Of a stretch of 64,000 nucleotides of DNA, positions 45,533 through 54,465 are shown piece by piece; position 1 is the stretch's first letter; each line of letters starts with the position of its first letter. A program made the translations under genes and the position numbers. Source of the DNA: Candidatus Latescibacterota bacterium (lineage in GTDB: Bacteria > Latescibacterota > UBA2968); assembly GCA_965222605.1 (NCBI GenBank), contig OZ244960.1, positions 1,248,001 to 1,312,000 on the forward strand, in the 5' to 3' direction. The notes under the pieces are model-generated. The model saw only the letters and a list, made by a program, of their open reading frames with translations. It had not been told where the DNA came from and searched no databases.

Positions 45533-47467
45533 ATGGCCGAAAATCATTCCATAACCATTACGCTTCCCGACGGTTCAACCAAAGAAATTGAGCGCGGCAC
45601 AACCGTGCTACAAGTGGCCGAATCCATCGGTGCAGGCCTTGCCCGCGCAGCACTGGTCGGGCGGATTGATGGTCGAGCTGTGGATTTGAGTTACCCGGTT
45701 GCTTCAGATGCTGCGGTTGAGATTTTGACTTTTTCCGACGATGAAGGCAAAGAGGTTTACTGGCATAGCACAGCACATGTGATGGCACAAGCCGTGCAGG
45801 ATTTGTTTCCCAATGCCAAAGTAACCATTGGTCCGCCCATCGAAAACGGATTCTATTACGATTTTGATATCGATCGGCCATTTACGCCCGATGAACTGAA
45901 AAAAATTGAAGCGCGAATGTTGGAAATTGTCAAAGAAGACCAGCCCTTTTCTCGCGAGGAAGTCTCGCGCGATGAGGCGTCCTCGCGTTTTCGTGATTTG
46001 GGTGAATCCTACAAACTCGAGCTTTTAGATGCCATTGCGCCCGATGAGACCGTGAGCATCTACAGAAATACCAGGTGGTTTGATCTGTGTCGGGGACCAC
46101 ACCTACCGTCAACGGGGCGCATTAAGGCCATCAAATTGTTAAACGCATCCGGGGCTTATTGGCGGGGCGATGAAAACAACAAAATGCTGCAACGCATCTA
46201 CGGTATCTCGTTTCCTGGCAAAAAAGAATTGCAGGCATATCTCGATAAACTCGAAGAGGCCAAACGCCGAGACCACCGCACTTTGGGCGTGCAGTTGGAC
46301 CTGTATTCAATAAATGAAAATGTAGGTCCCGGCCTGGTGCTCTGGCATCCTAAGGGAATGCGAATTCGACACGAGGTTGAATCATTCTGGCACAGCGCCC
46401 ATTTCGATGGCGGATATGAACTCGTCGGTTCCCCCCATATTGGGCGGTCCAACCTGTGGGAAACGAGCGGGCATCTGGATTTTTTCCGCGAAAATATGTA
46501 CTCGCCAATGGATGTCGATGGACAGGAATATTTCGCCAAACCCATGAATTGCCCTTTTCACAGCATGATTTACAAAAGCCGCCGTCGAAGTTATCGCGAG
46601 TTGCCATTTCGCTGGGCAGAAATGGGAACGGTTTATCGCTATGAACAGGCGGGAGCGCTACACGGGCTTTTGCGGGTGCGAGGATTTACACAGGATGACG
46701 CGCATATCTTCTGTCGCCCAGACCAGGTCGAAAGTGAAATTAAACGGACCATAGATTTTACACTGTTTATTTTGCGGTCATTTGGTCTCGAAGATTTTAA
46801 GATCGATATTTCCACGCGACCCGAAAAAGCCGTAGGTGATCCTCGCGATTGGGATATGGCGACAAATGCCTTAAAGGCCGCGATAGACGCACAGGGCTTA
46901 AAATATGGCATGGACGAAGGCGGCGGTGCATTTTATGGACCCAAAATTGACGTGCAAATTAGAGATGCATTGGGGCGCGAATGGCAGTGTTCGACAATTC
47001 AGTTTGACTTCAATCTGCCCGAGCGATTCGATTTGAGTTTTGCCGGGCAAGATGGCAAGATGCATCGCCCCTATATGGTACATCGCGCACTTTTGGGGTC
47101 AATAGAACGATTTTTTGGCACGCTCATCGAGCATTATGCTGGTAATTTCCCCGTGTGGTTGGCCCCTGTGCAAGCCGTTATTTTACCTGTATCGGATCGT
47201 TTTATCGACTATGCACAGCAAGTTGCCAAACTGCTTCGAGATGCTCAGGTACGCATTGAAGTGGATGATCAGGATGCCAAACTGGGCTACAAAATTCGCG
47301 AGGCAGAAGTTCAAAAAGTGCCCTACATGCTTATTGTTGGCGCGCGGGAAGTTGAGAATGGCACAGTATCTGTCCGCCGTCATGGACAGGGGGATTTGGG
47401 TGCGCTGAGCCTGAAAAATTTAATCGCGCGTATTCAGAAAGAGGTCGAATCCAAACAGTTGTCATAA
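45533..47467 (+). CDS. thrS: Threonine--tRNA ligase
   Basis: TGS domain, WHSTAH, DLCRGPH, KPMNCP, RVRGFTQDDAH, AFYGPK. Confidence 0.98.
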   Translation: MAENHSITITLPDGSTKEIERGTTVLQVAESIGAGLARAALVGRIDGRAVDLSYPVASDAAVEILTFSDDEGKEVYWHSTAHVMAQAVQDLFPNAKVTIGPPIENGFYYDFDIDRPFTPDELKKIEARMLEIVKEDQPFSREEVSRDEASSRFRDLGESYKLELLDAIAPDETVSIYRNTRWFDLCRGPHLPSTGRIKAIKLLNASGAYWRGDENNKMLQRIYGISFPGKKELQAYLDKLEEAKRRDHRTLGVQLDLYSINENVGPGLVLWHPKGMRIRHEVESFWHSAHFDGGYELVGSPHIGRSNLWETSGHLDFFRENMYSPMDVDGQEYFAKPMNCPFHSMIYKSRRRSYRELPFRWAEMGTVYRYEQAGALHGLLRVRGFTQDDAHIFCRPDQVESEIKRTIDFTLFILRSFGLEDFKIDISTRPEKAVGDPRDWDMATNALKAAIDAQGLKYGMDEGGGAFYGPKIDVQIRDALGREWQCSTIQFDFNLPERFDLSFAGQDGKMHRPYMVHRALLGSIERFFGTLIEHYAGNFPVWLAPVQAVILPVSDRFIDYAQQVAKLLRDAQVRIEVDDQDAKLGYKIREAEVQKVPYMLIVGAREVENGTVSVRRHGQGDLGALSLKNLIARIQKEVESKQLS

Positions 47468-47522
47468 CGCACCAGGCGTTTGTGATATACCATCGAATAC
47501 ATCCAATCTGGAGGTGGTCACA

Positions 47523-48062
47523 ATCAATAGAGGTTCAAGAAGTCGAGATACCAGACGAGAAATCGGGCCGCGCGTGAATCGGCAGATTCGCATTCCACAG
47601 GTTCGCTTGATCGGTGAATCAGGTGCTCAAGTTGGTATTGTAGAAACGAGCAAAGCTCTGACAATGGCTCAGGGGGCCGGGCTTGATCTGGTCGAAGTCG
47701 CGCCAAATGCACGCCCACCTGTTTGCCGGATTATGGACTACGGTAAATACAGGTATGAGCGAGGGAAAAAAGCCAGAAAGAATCGTCAGAGTACCTCGCA
47801 ATTAAAAGAAATTCGGATGCGTGTTCGAATCAGCGATCACGATTATCAATTTAAGCTCCGGCATGCCGAGAAATTTTTGACCCAGCGCCATAAAGTGCGG
47901 ATTGTTATTGAGTTTTTTGGGCGAGAAAATGCACATCGCGATATGGGCCGCGATCTATTGCAGCGCATTGAAGACCATTTGCAACATATTGGACAGATCG
48001 AAACCCATCCCCGCGACGAAGGGCGAAAGCTCGTGATGATTGTCGCGCCCAAATCTCAGTAG
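47523..48062 (+). CDS. infC: Translation initiation factor IF-3, probable ATC start
   Basis: RVNRQIRIPQVRLI, DLVEVAPNARPPVCRIMDYGK; GGAGG 8 nt before ATC 47523. Confidence 0.95.
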   Translation: MNRGSRSRDTRREIGPRVNRQIRIPQVRLIGESGAQVGIVETSKALTMAQGAGLDLVEVAPNARPPVCRIMDYGKYRYERGKKARKNRQSTSQLKEIRMRVRISDHDYQFKLRHAEKFLTQRHKVRIVIEFFGRENAHRDMGRDLLQRIEDHLQHIGQIETHPRDEGRKLVMIVAPKSQ

Positions 48063-48110
48063 TAATCCTGTTTTAACCGATCTTTGATGTTGTTCTCAAA
48101 GGAGTTTGTC

Positions 48111-48305
48111 GTGCCCAAAATGAAAACCCATAGCGGTGCCAAAAAGCGTTTCAAAAAGCGCAGTTCTGGCAAAATCAGCCGTCGCCAGGCCACTGCAGCG
48201 CACAATCTGACCAAAAAGACGAGCAAGCGCAAAAGAGGCCTCCGTCAAACTGTACATGTTCACGACGCTGACCAGAGCCGCGTCAATCGCCTGCTGGCGT
48301 CTTGA
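48111..48305 (+). CDS. rpmI: 50S ribosomal protein L35
   Basis: PKMKTHSGAKKRF; GTG start after AAGGAG. Confidence 0.95.
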   Translation: MPKMKTHSGAKKRFKKRSSGKISRRQATAAHNLTKKTSKRKRGLRQTVHVHDADQSRVNRLLAS

Positions 48306-48340
48306 CAAGGGTTGGTGATCACTGTTAATTGGAGATAAAA

Positions 48341-48694
48341 ATGTCGAGAGTAACCAACAGTCCTGCATCGAGACGCAGGCGAAAAAAAATTTTGAAACAG
48401 GCTAAGGGCTATCGGGGGGGGCGCAGCAAACTGCTTCGCACAGCCAGCAATGCCGTGGATCGCGCATTGCAATACGCCTATCGCGACCGCAGACAAAAGA
48501 AAAGAAACTTCAGAGCATTGTGGATTGCGCGAATCAACGCTGCGGCAAGGCAACACGGATTGACTTACAGTCGATTTATGGCGGGTTTGAAACGCGACGG
48601 TATCGATATCAACCGCAAAGTATTGGCTAATCTGGCTGTAACCGACGCCAATGCATTTGCCGCCCTGGCCGAAAGAGTTAAGCAAAACGCCTGA
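48341..48694 (+). CDS. rplT: 50S ribosomal protein L20
   Basis: MSRV...[27 protein letters not shown]. Confidence 0.97.
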   Translation: MSRVTNSPASRRRRKKILKQAKGYRGGRSKLLRTASNAVDRALQYAYRDRRQKKRNFRALWIARINAAARQHGLTYSRFMAGLKRDGIDINRKVLANLAVTDANAFAALAERVKQNA

Positions 48695-48709
48695 GTATCT
48701 CATTGATTC

Positions 48710-48749
48710 CAAAAAGCGAAATCCGGCATTGTGTGGATTTCGCTTTTTG
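48710..48749 (+). terminator. Intrinsic terminator after rplT
   Basis: AAAAAGCGAAATCC-loop-GGATTTCGCTTTTT. Confidence 0.75.
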
Positions 48750-48778
48750 CATGAGGGTCAAATCCTCGTGGGGCGAGC

Positions 48779-48807
48779 TTGACTTTCGGATAAGATGATG
48801 TTAAATT
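48779..48807 (+). promoter_or_regulatory. Sigma70-type promoter of the zapB-like/zapA genes
   Basis: TTGACT, 17 nt, TAAATT. Confidence 0.55.
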
Positions 48808-48850
48808 GCCTCTATATTTAATAGCTTTTGATTTTTTTAAGGAGCAGACT

Positions 48851-49357
48851 ATGGATATTAACCCCTGGACCGTTAGAAACGCCAAAAAAGTAGAGGAAGT
48901 TGATGAAATAGAGGAAGTGGAGGGCAACGCCGAGGCAGCTGAAGACACCGAAGAAGTAGAGGAAGTTGATGAAATAGAGGAAGTGGAGGGCAACGCCGAG
49001 ACGATCGAAGACGCCGAAGAAGTAGAGGAAATGGCGGAGGAAGTAGATCTGTTGGATATTAACGCTGGGGCAGTGGCGGAAGGAGTGGATCGGCTCGTTG
49101 AAGCAATTAACAACGCCGTTGCAACCATTGAAGATTTGCGTCGTGAAAATGCCGAATTGAAGCAACAGAGTCAGGCATTGCAGTCAGATATATCGCGCCT
49201 CGAAGAAGAACGGGTGGCTCTGTGTAGCGAGCGAGACCGACTGCAAGACATTTACAACGACAATGTGCTTCTGATAGACAATAAGGCGGAAATCCTGGAT
49301 AAGGTCGAGGCGATGTTGCAGCGCCTCAATTCCTTAAACCCCCAAAAAGATGAGTGA
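48851..49357 (+). CDS. ZapB-like coiled-coil protein with a repeated acidic N-terminal extension
   Basis: Heptad coiled coil (IEDLRRENAELK...KVEAMLQRL), directly upstream of zapA; AAGGAG RBS. Confidence 0.65.
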   Translation: MDINPWTVRNAKKVEEVDEIEEVEGNAEAAEDTEEVEEVDEIEEVEGNAETIEDAEEVEEMAEEVDLLDINAGAVAEGVDRLVEAINNAVATIEDLRRENAELKQQSQALQSDISRLEEERVALCSERDRLQDIYNDNVLLIDNKAEILDKVEAMLQRLNSLNPQKDE

Positions 49358-49635
49358 TGCCTGTTTTGTCCGACGTGCGCGTTCAGATATTTGGCTCAGA
49401 ATATCGCATTGCCAGTGAAACTGATCCCGAACATATCCGCAAGGTGGCGAGTTATGTCGATCAGAAAATGCGAGAAGTAGCCAGTGCCCTTGCACTCCGC
49501 ACCAGATCAACAGTAGCTGTATTGACGGCTGTGAATTTGGCTGATGAGCTTTTTAAGATCGAGGAAGAAGGTCGTCGGATAGATCAGATTTCACGCGAGA
49601 AAGCCGATCAACTCGCAGACTCGGTCAACCTTTAG
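49357..49635 (+). CDS. zapA: Cell division protein ZapA
   Basis: VQIFGSEY, VASYVDQKM, AVLTAVNLADEL. Confidence 0.9.
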   Translation: MPVLSDVRVQIFGSEYRIASETDPEHIRKVASYVDQKMREVASALALRTRSTVAVLTAVNLADELFKIEEEGRRIDQISREKADQLADSVNL

Positions 49636-49701
49636 CGCACGAGCGAAGCGAGTAAACCGTACAATGCGAGTGTGAGACAAGCTATCTCACGGGATTGTGA
49701 A

Positions 49702-49754
49702 CCCCGCCGCGTTTGTCCTTAAAAATGAGCACAAGCGCGGTGGGGATTTCTTTT
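49702..49754 (+). terminator. Hairpin / terminator-like structure between zapA and rny
   Basis: CCCCGCCGCGTTTGT...ACAAGCGCGGTGGGG then ATTTCTTTT. Confidence 0.5.
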
Positions 49755-49777
49755 AATACTACTATTTGGAGAAAGTC

Positions 49778-51340
49778 ATGGAAATCGTATCTGTAATTGC
49801 GCTATCTACCGGGCTATTGGTGCTGGGATTTGTTGTGGGTTGGCTGATCAGCAGTAAAATTGCTCACAAGCGCTTTTACCGCACTGACGCCTCAATTGAA
49901 CAAATTTTGGAAGATGCTCGAAGAGAAGCAGAAACTGAAAAACGCACCGCGTTTTTAGAAGCTAAGGATCAGATTTATCACGAGCGCGTACAAGCCGAAA
50001 AAGCACTGGAAGACCGCAACAATGAAGTGGAACGCAAAGAAGAAGAATTGGATCGCATGTCGAACGAGTTGAATCGGCGTGCAGATCTGCTCAACCACAA
50101 AGCTGGACAAATGGAAGAACTGGAACAAAAATTGGTACAGCAGCAGGATGAACTATCCGTAAAAGAACTGGAATTGGAAGCGATCTTGGAGGCTCAAAAT
50201 GCGCGATTAGAACGCATTGCAGCCCTGACGCGCCATCAGGCCAAACGCGAGTTGATGGAAAATTTGGAGGCCGAAGCCCAGCGCGAAGTTGCCTGGCACT
50301 TAAAAGAGATTCGGGAAGACGCACAAGCGCGGGCCAATGATGAAGCGAGAGAAATTATCGCAAGTGCCATTCAGAGACTGGCAGTCGATTATACGGTAGA
50401 ATCAACGGTGACAGTTGTCGATTTGCCAGCCGATGAAATGAAAGGTCGAATTATCGGGCGCGAAGGGCGCAATATTCGATCTTTTGAGATGTGCACAGGC
50501 GTGGATGTGATTGTTGACGACACCCCCAAAGCCGTAGTGCTGTCCGGGTTTGATCCCATTCGCCGCGCGGTTGCCAAGACAGCTTTGGAACACCTTGTAA
50601 TGGATGGACGCATTCATCCTGGTCGAATCGAAGAAGTAGTTAAAAAATCGCGAGAAAATATGCAGGAATTGATCCGGCAAGCGGGAGAAGAGGCCATTTT
50701 TGACATGGGAGTGCCCGGCTTGCATGACCGCCTGATTGAATGTCTTGGGCGATTAAAATTTCGGACGAGCTATGGGCAAAATATGTTAAACCACAGCAAA
50801 GAGGTGGCTTTTTTAGCCGGGATGATGGCCACGCATTTGGGGCTGGATGCACAACTTGCCAAACGCGCCGGTTTGCTACACGACATCGGCCATGGAATCA
50901 GCCACGAATTTGAAGGCACACCCGGCCAAAATGGTGCTGATATGGCAAAAAAATACAATGAGGATGAAGAGGTAATCAACGCAATTGAAGCTCATCACGG
51001 AGAGGCGGACCCAATCTCGCCAATTGCAGTGCTGGTCGATGCCGCAGACGCCATTTCGAGGGTTCGTCCGGGCGCGAGGCGCGAGGTGTTGGAAAATTAT
51101 GTACGTCGATTGGAGCATCTGGAGCAAACCGCCCGAGAAATAGAAGGAGTAGATGCGGTTTACGCCATTCAAGCGGGTCAGGAGATTCGGGTGGTCGCCA
51201 ACTATGGATTAATCAGCGATGAAGACACCGAGAGACTATCTGCTCAAATTGCCGAACGGCTGGAAAAGACGATGACGTATCCGGGGCATATAAAAGTGAC
51301 CGTGATTCGCGAGGTTCGCTCCGTCAATTTTGCGCGATAA
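49778..51340 (+). CDS. rny: Ribonuclease Y
   Basis: N-terminal TM, coiled coil, KH (KGRIIGREGRNIR), HD (LLHDIG). Confidence 0.97.
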   Translation: MEIVSVIALSTGLLVLGFVVGWLISSKIAHKRFYRTDASIEQILEDARREAETEKRTAFLEAKDQIYHERVQAEKALEDRNNEVERKEEELDRMSNELNRRADLLNHKAGQMEELEQKLVQQQDELSVKELELEAILEAQNARLERIAALTRHQAKRELMENLEAEAQREVAWHLKEIREDAQARANDEAREIIASAIQRLAVDYTVESTVTVVDLPADEMKGRIIGREGRNIRSFEMCTGVDVIVDDTPKAVVLSGFDPIRRAVAKTALEHLVMDGRIHPGRIEEVVKKSRENMQELIRQAGEEAIFDMGVPGLHDRLIECLGRLKFRTSYGQNMLNHSKEVAFLAGMMATHLGLDAQLAKRAGLLHDIGHGISHEFEGTPGQNGADMAKKYNEDEEVINAIEAHHGEADPISPIAVLVDAADAISRVRPGARREVLENYVRRLEHLEQTAREIEGVDAVYAIQAGQEIRVVANYGLISDEDTERLSAQIAERLEKTMTYPGHIKVTVIREVRSVNFAR

Positions 51341-51350
51341 AAAATAGCGA

Positions 51351-52142
51351 ATGAAAATTTTATTTGTAGGCGATGTTTATGGCAAGCCCGGGCGACGGGC
51401 CGCCGCACATTTGATTCCTCAACTGATCGCACAGCACGCCATTGATTTCTGCGTTGTTAATGGCGAAAATTCTGCTGGCGGTTTTGGTATTACCGCCAAA
51501 ATCGGACAAAAATTTCACGCTTATGGCGCCGATGTAATTACCATGGGCGATCACGTCTGGGATCAAAAAGATTCGGTTGACTATATCCAAACGGGCGACC
51601 GGGTTTTGCGTGCAGCCAACTTCCCCAAAGAGGTTGGGGGTGTTGGTGCAGCGGTTTTTTCAGCACGCAATGGCGTGTCGGTTGCAGTGCTCAGTCTGCT
51701 TGGGCGAACATATATGAAAATGGCGTTGGACTGTCCCTTTAGAATAGGGCAATGCACCGTAGAGCAACTGCAAAAGAAAACGCCTATTATTCTCGTCGAT
51801 TTCCACGCCGAAGCAACCTCGGAAAAAATTGCTTTTGGGCACTATATGGACGGCAAAGTCAGCGCGGTTTTGGGCACGCATACCCATGTCCAAACAGCCG
51901 ATAATGGGATTTTACCCGGCGGAACCGCGTATATGACAGATGTCGGCATGACAGGGCCTCACGATTCGGTTATTGGCGCGAAAAAAGACCCTGCGATTCG
52001 CCGATTTATAAACCAGATGCCCGTGCGTTTTGAGCCAGCTACAGGCGATATAAAACTCTGCGGAGCACTCATCGATGTGGATGAACGCTCCGGGCGTGCG
52101 CGACACATAGAGCGACTACGGCTCGATTTAGAGGAGGGATAA
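51351..52142 (+). CDS. ymdB: YmdB/TIGR00282 metallophosphoesterase
   Basis: GDVYG, NGEN, DFHAEATSEK, GTHTH, DVGMTG. Confidence 0.92.
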   Translation: MKILFVGDVYGKPGRRAAAHLIPQLIAQHAIDFCVVNGENSAGGFGITAKIGQKFHAYGADVITMGDHVWDQKDSVDYIQTGDRVLRAANFPKEVGGVGAAVFSARNGVSVAVLSLLGRTYMKMALDCPFRIGQCTVEQLQKKTPIILVDFHAEATSEKIAFGHYMDGKVSAVLGTHTHVQTADNGILPGGTAYMTDVGMTGPHDSVIGAKKDPAIRRFINQMPVRFEPATGDIKLCGALIDVDERSGRARHIERLRLDLEEG

Positions 52143-53333
52143 GTGGAACATCCGCTTTCCGTATCGGACGTCACACAAGCGGTCAAGCAAACCCTTGAGA
52201 TGCAATTTCCTCCCATGTGGATCGTCGGTGAGTTGACCTCCTTCTCTCAGCCCTCATCTGGACACCGGTATTTCACGCTCTCAGACCCGCACAGTCAATT
52301 GCGCTGTGTGATGTGGCGCTCGCGTTCCATAACCGGGTTTCGTCCCACAGCGGGGATGGCAGTGTTGGCTCAGGGGCAGTTGACGGTATATGAACGGCGG
52401 GGCGAATACCAGTTTAACGTGTCACAACTATTTCCCGCAGGGGTGGGACAACAGCTAATCGCCTATGAAAAACTGAAAAAAAAAATATCAGAAGAGGGGC
52501 TTTTTGACGAAGACCGAAAACGCCCTTTGCCCGAATACCCCAGAACAATAGGGGTTGTGACTTCGCAGACAGGCGCAGCTTTTCGAGATATTTTGGACGT
52601 GTTGAAGCGGCGGTTTCCCTCTGTTCGCATTGTTTTGCGTCCCGCCCTGGTGCAGGGATTGGACGCGCCAGAAGATATTGCACAAGGCATTGCCGAACTC
52701 AATGACTTTGGCGAAGTAGATATACTGATTGTTGGACGCGGCGGCGGCTCCGCTGAAGATTTGGCGGCATTTAATGACGAGACAGTGGTGCGGGCAATCG
52801 CGGATTCTGTAATCCCAGTTATTTCAGCCGTAGGACACGAGATCGACATTTCCCTATCGGATCTAACGGCTGACGTGCGCGCACCAACCCCTTCTGCTGC
52901 TGCAGAAATTGCCGTACGCGATGTTTTAGAGGTGCGCGAACAAGTCGGGCGGCTCACACTTCGCACACGGGAGGCCATGCAGCGGTTGTTAGACGAAAAT
53001 AAAGACCTGCTGGAAGCGTACGAAGGTAGTTATAGCATGCGGCGGTTGTCCGATTTGATCTTTCAGAATGCGCAACACGTCGATGAATTACACCGCGATT
53101 TATACGCGCTTCTGAGGCGACTATTTGAAAGCCGATTGGCCGACTATCACCGCATGACCGGCAAATTGGGATCGCTCAGCCCCCTATCGGTGCTCGAGCG
53201 AGGATTTGGCCTCGTACAACGCGAAGACGGTTCGGTCGTATCTGATGCAGGGGGTTTGACACCCCGTGAACATCTGCACATTCGATTTGCAAAAGGCGAG
53301 GCAACCTGTCGAGTAGAAAAAATAAAAAGGTAA
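52143..53333 (+). CDS. xseA: Exodeoxyribonuclease VII large subunit
   Basis: SGHRYFTL, GRGGGSAEDL, SAVGHE, RAPTPSAAAE. Confidence 0.95.
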   Translation: MEHPLSVSDVTQAVKQTLEMQFPPMWIVGELTSFSQPSSGHRYFTLSDPHSQLRCVMWRSRSITGFRPTAGMAVLAQGQLTVYERRGEYQFNVSQLFPAGVGQQLIAYEKLKKKISEEGLFDEDRKRPLPEYPRTIGVVTSQTGAAFRDILDVLKRRFPSVRIVLRPALVQGLDAPEDIAQGIAELNDFGEVDILIVGRGGGSAEDLAAFNDETVVRAIADSVIPVISAVGHEIDISLSDLTADVRAPTPSAAAEIAVRDVLEVREQVGRLTLRTREAMQRLLDENKDLLEAYEGSYSMRRLSDLIFQNAQHVDELHRDLYALLRRLFESRLADYHRMTGKLGSLSPLSVLERGFGLVQREDGSVVSDAGGLTPREHLHIRFAKGEATCRVEKIKR

Positions 53334-53338
53334 AATGA

Positions 53339-53596
53339 ATGCCAAAAAAAAAGACAGAAGAACCTACATTTGAAGCAGCTTTGAAGCAATTGGAGATAGC
53401 TGTGGATCGTTTAGAGGAAGGTGCACTACCCTTGTCAGAGGCACTAAAAATTTTTGAAGAAGGTCTAAAAGCATCCAATCAATGCCGCAGTTTATTAGAA
53501 AATGCGCGGCAACAGATTGAAGTGCTCGTGCGCGACAGCGATGGTGAATTTGAATTGGTATCCATAGATTCCAATAAAGGGTTTGCAGACGAATGA
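53339..53596 (+). CDS. xseB: Exodeoxyribonuclease VII small subunit
   Basis: FEAALKQLE...LEEG.LPL.EAL..FEEG. Confidence 0.93.
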   Translation: MPKKKTEEPTFEAALKQLEIAVDRLEEGALPLSEALKIFEEGLKASNQCRSLLENARQQIEVLVRDSDGEFELVSIDSNKGFADE

Positions 53597-54453
53597 AGTC
53601 CATCGGTTTGTTTTCGAACCCGACCCAACCGGGCATGGGCGTTGCGGTTGATCAATTGGCCCAGCGCATCCATCAAAAAGGCATTGAGGTGCTGATCGCC
53701 GATAACCTGCGAAAAATTTGCACCTCTGATTCCAATTGGTTTTGTCCGGTCGATCAGTTGCCCACACGCGCTGATATCATTGTGGCGATGGGCGGCGATG
53801 GCACCTTGTTGCGGGCAGCCGATGTCGTTTATCCGCACAGTACGCCAATTTTGGGCGTGAATCTGGGGCGGTTGGGGTTTTTGTCGGGCGCTGAACCCCG
53901 CGAATTAGACGATGGTCTGGATCGGTTGTTGTGTGGCGATTATACCGTTGAAGAGCGGATTGCACTACACGCAAAAACCCGTACGCAAAAAGCGTTCGCG
54001 CTCAATGAAGTCGTAATCGAACGCAGTGTCACGGCGCGTCTGGTCCAGGTCGTGATGCTGGTTGAAGGTCTGCCCGTAAGTTCTTTTTCTGGCAATGGGT
54101 TGATTCTGGCAACGCCGACGGGATCCACCGGTTACAGTTTGTCTTCGGGCGGCCCAATTGTTCATCCAAATTTGTCTGTGCTGGTCGCTACGCCTATATG
54201 CCCGCATTCGCTTTCTCTGCGTCCAATGGTGATGCCAGGCGAGCAGTCGGTAACAGTTAAGGTGATAGCCGACCAGTCTGATGAAATTATGTTATCCACA
54301 GATGGACGCACTGTGTGTTCGCTTTCGGTTGAAGAACCCGTTACAGTGCAGCGGGCATCTGCGCCAGTGCGCTTTATCAATATGCAGGGGTTGACTTTTT
54401 ACGATTTGTTGCAGCGCAAATTAGACTGGGGCCTGGATTGGCGAGATGAGTGA
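53593..54453 (+). CDS. nadK: NAD(+) kinase
   Basis: GGDGTLL, GRLGFL, ALNE, TPTGSTGYSLS. Confidence 0.93.
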   Translation: MKSIGLFSNPTQPGMGVAVDQLAQRIHQKGIEVLIADNLRKICTSDSNWFCPVDQLPTRADIIVAMGGDGTLLRAADVVYPHSTPILGVNLGRLGFLSGAEPRELDDGLDRLLCGDYTVEERIALHAKTRTQKAFALNEVVIERSVTARLVQVVMLVEGLPVSSFSGNGLILATPTGSTGYSLSSGGPIVHPNLSVLVATPICPHSLSLRPMVMPGEQSVTVKVIADQSDEIMLSTDGRTVCSLSVEEPVTVQRASAPVRFINMQGLTFYDLLQRKLDWGLDWRDE

Positions 54454-54465
54454 AGGAGTCGTGCC

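Noticed and set aside
49636-49777. 6S RNA at its common zapA-rny position
   Set aside because: The spacer is only ~140 nt and shows two local hairpins, not the long rod with a central bubble; cmscan would be needed
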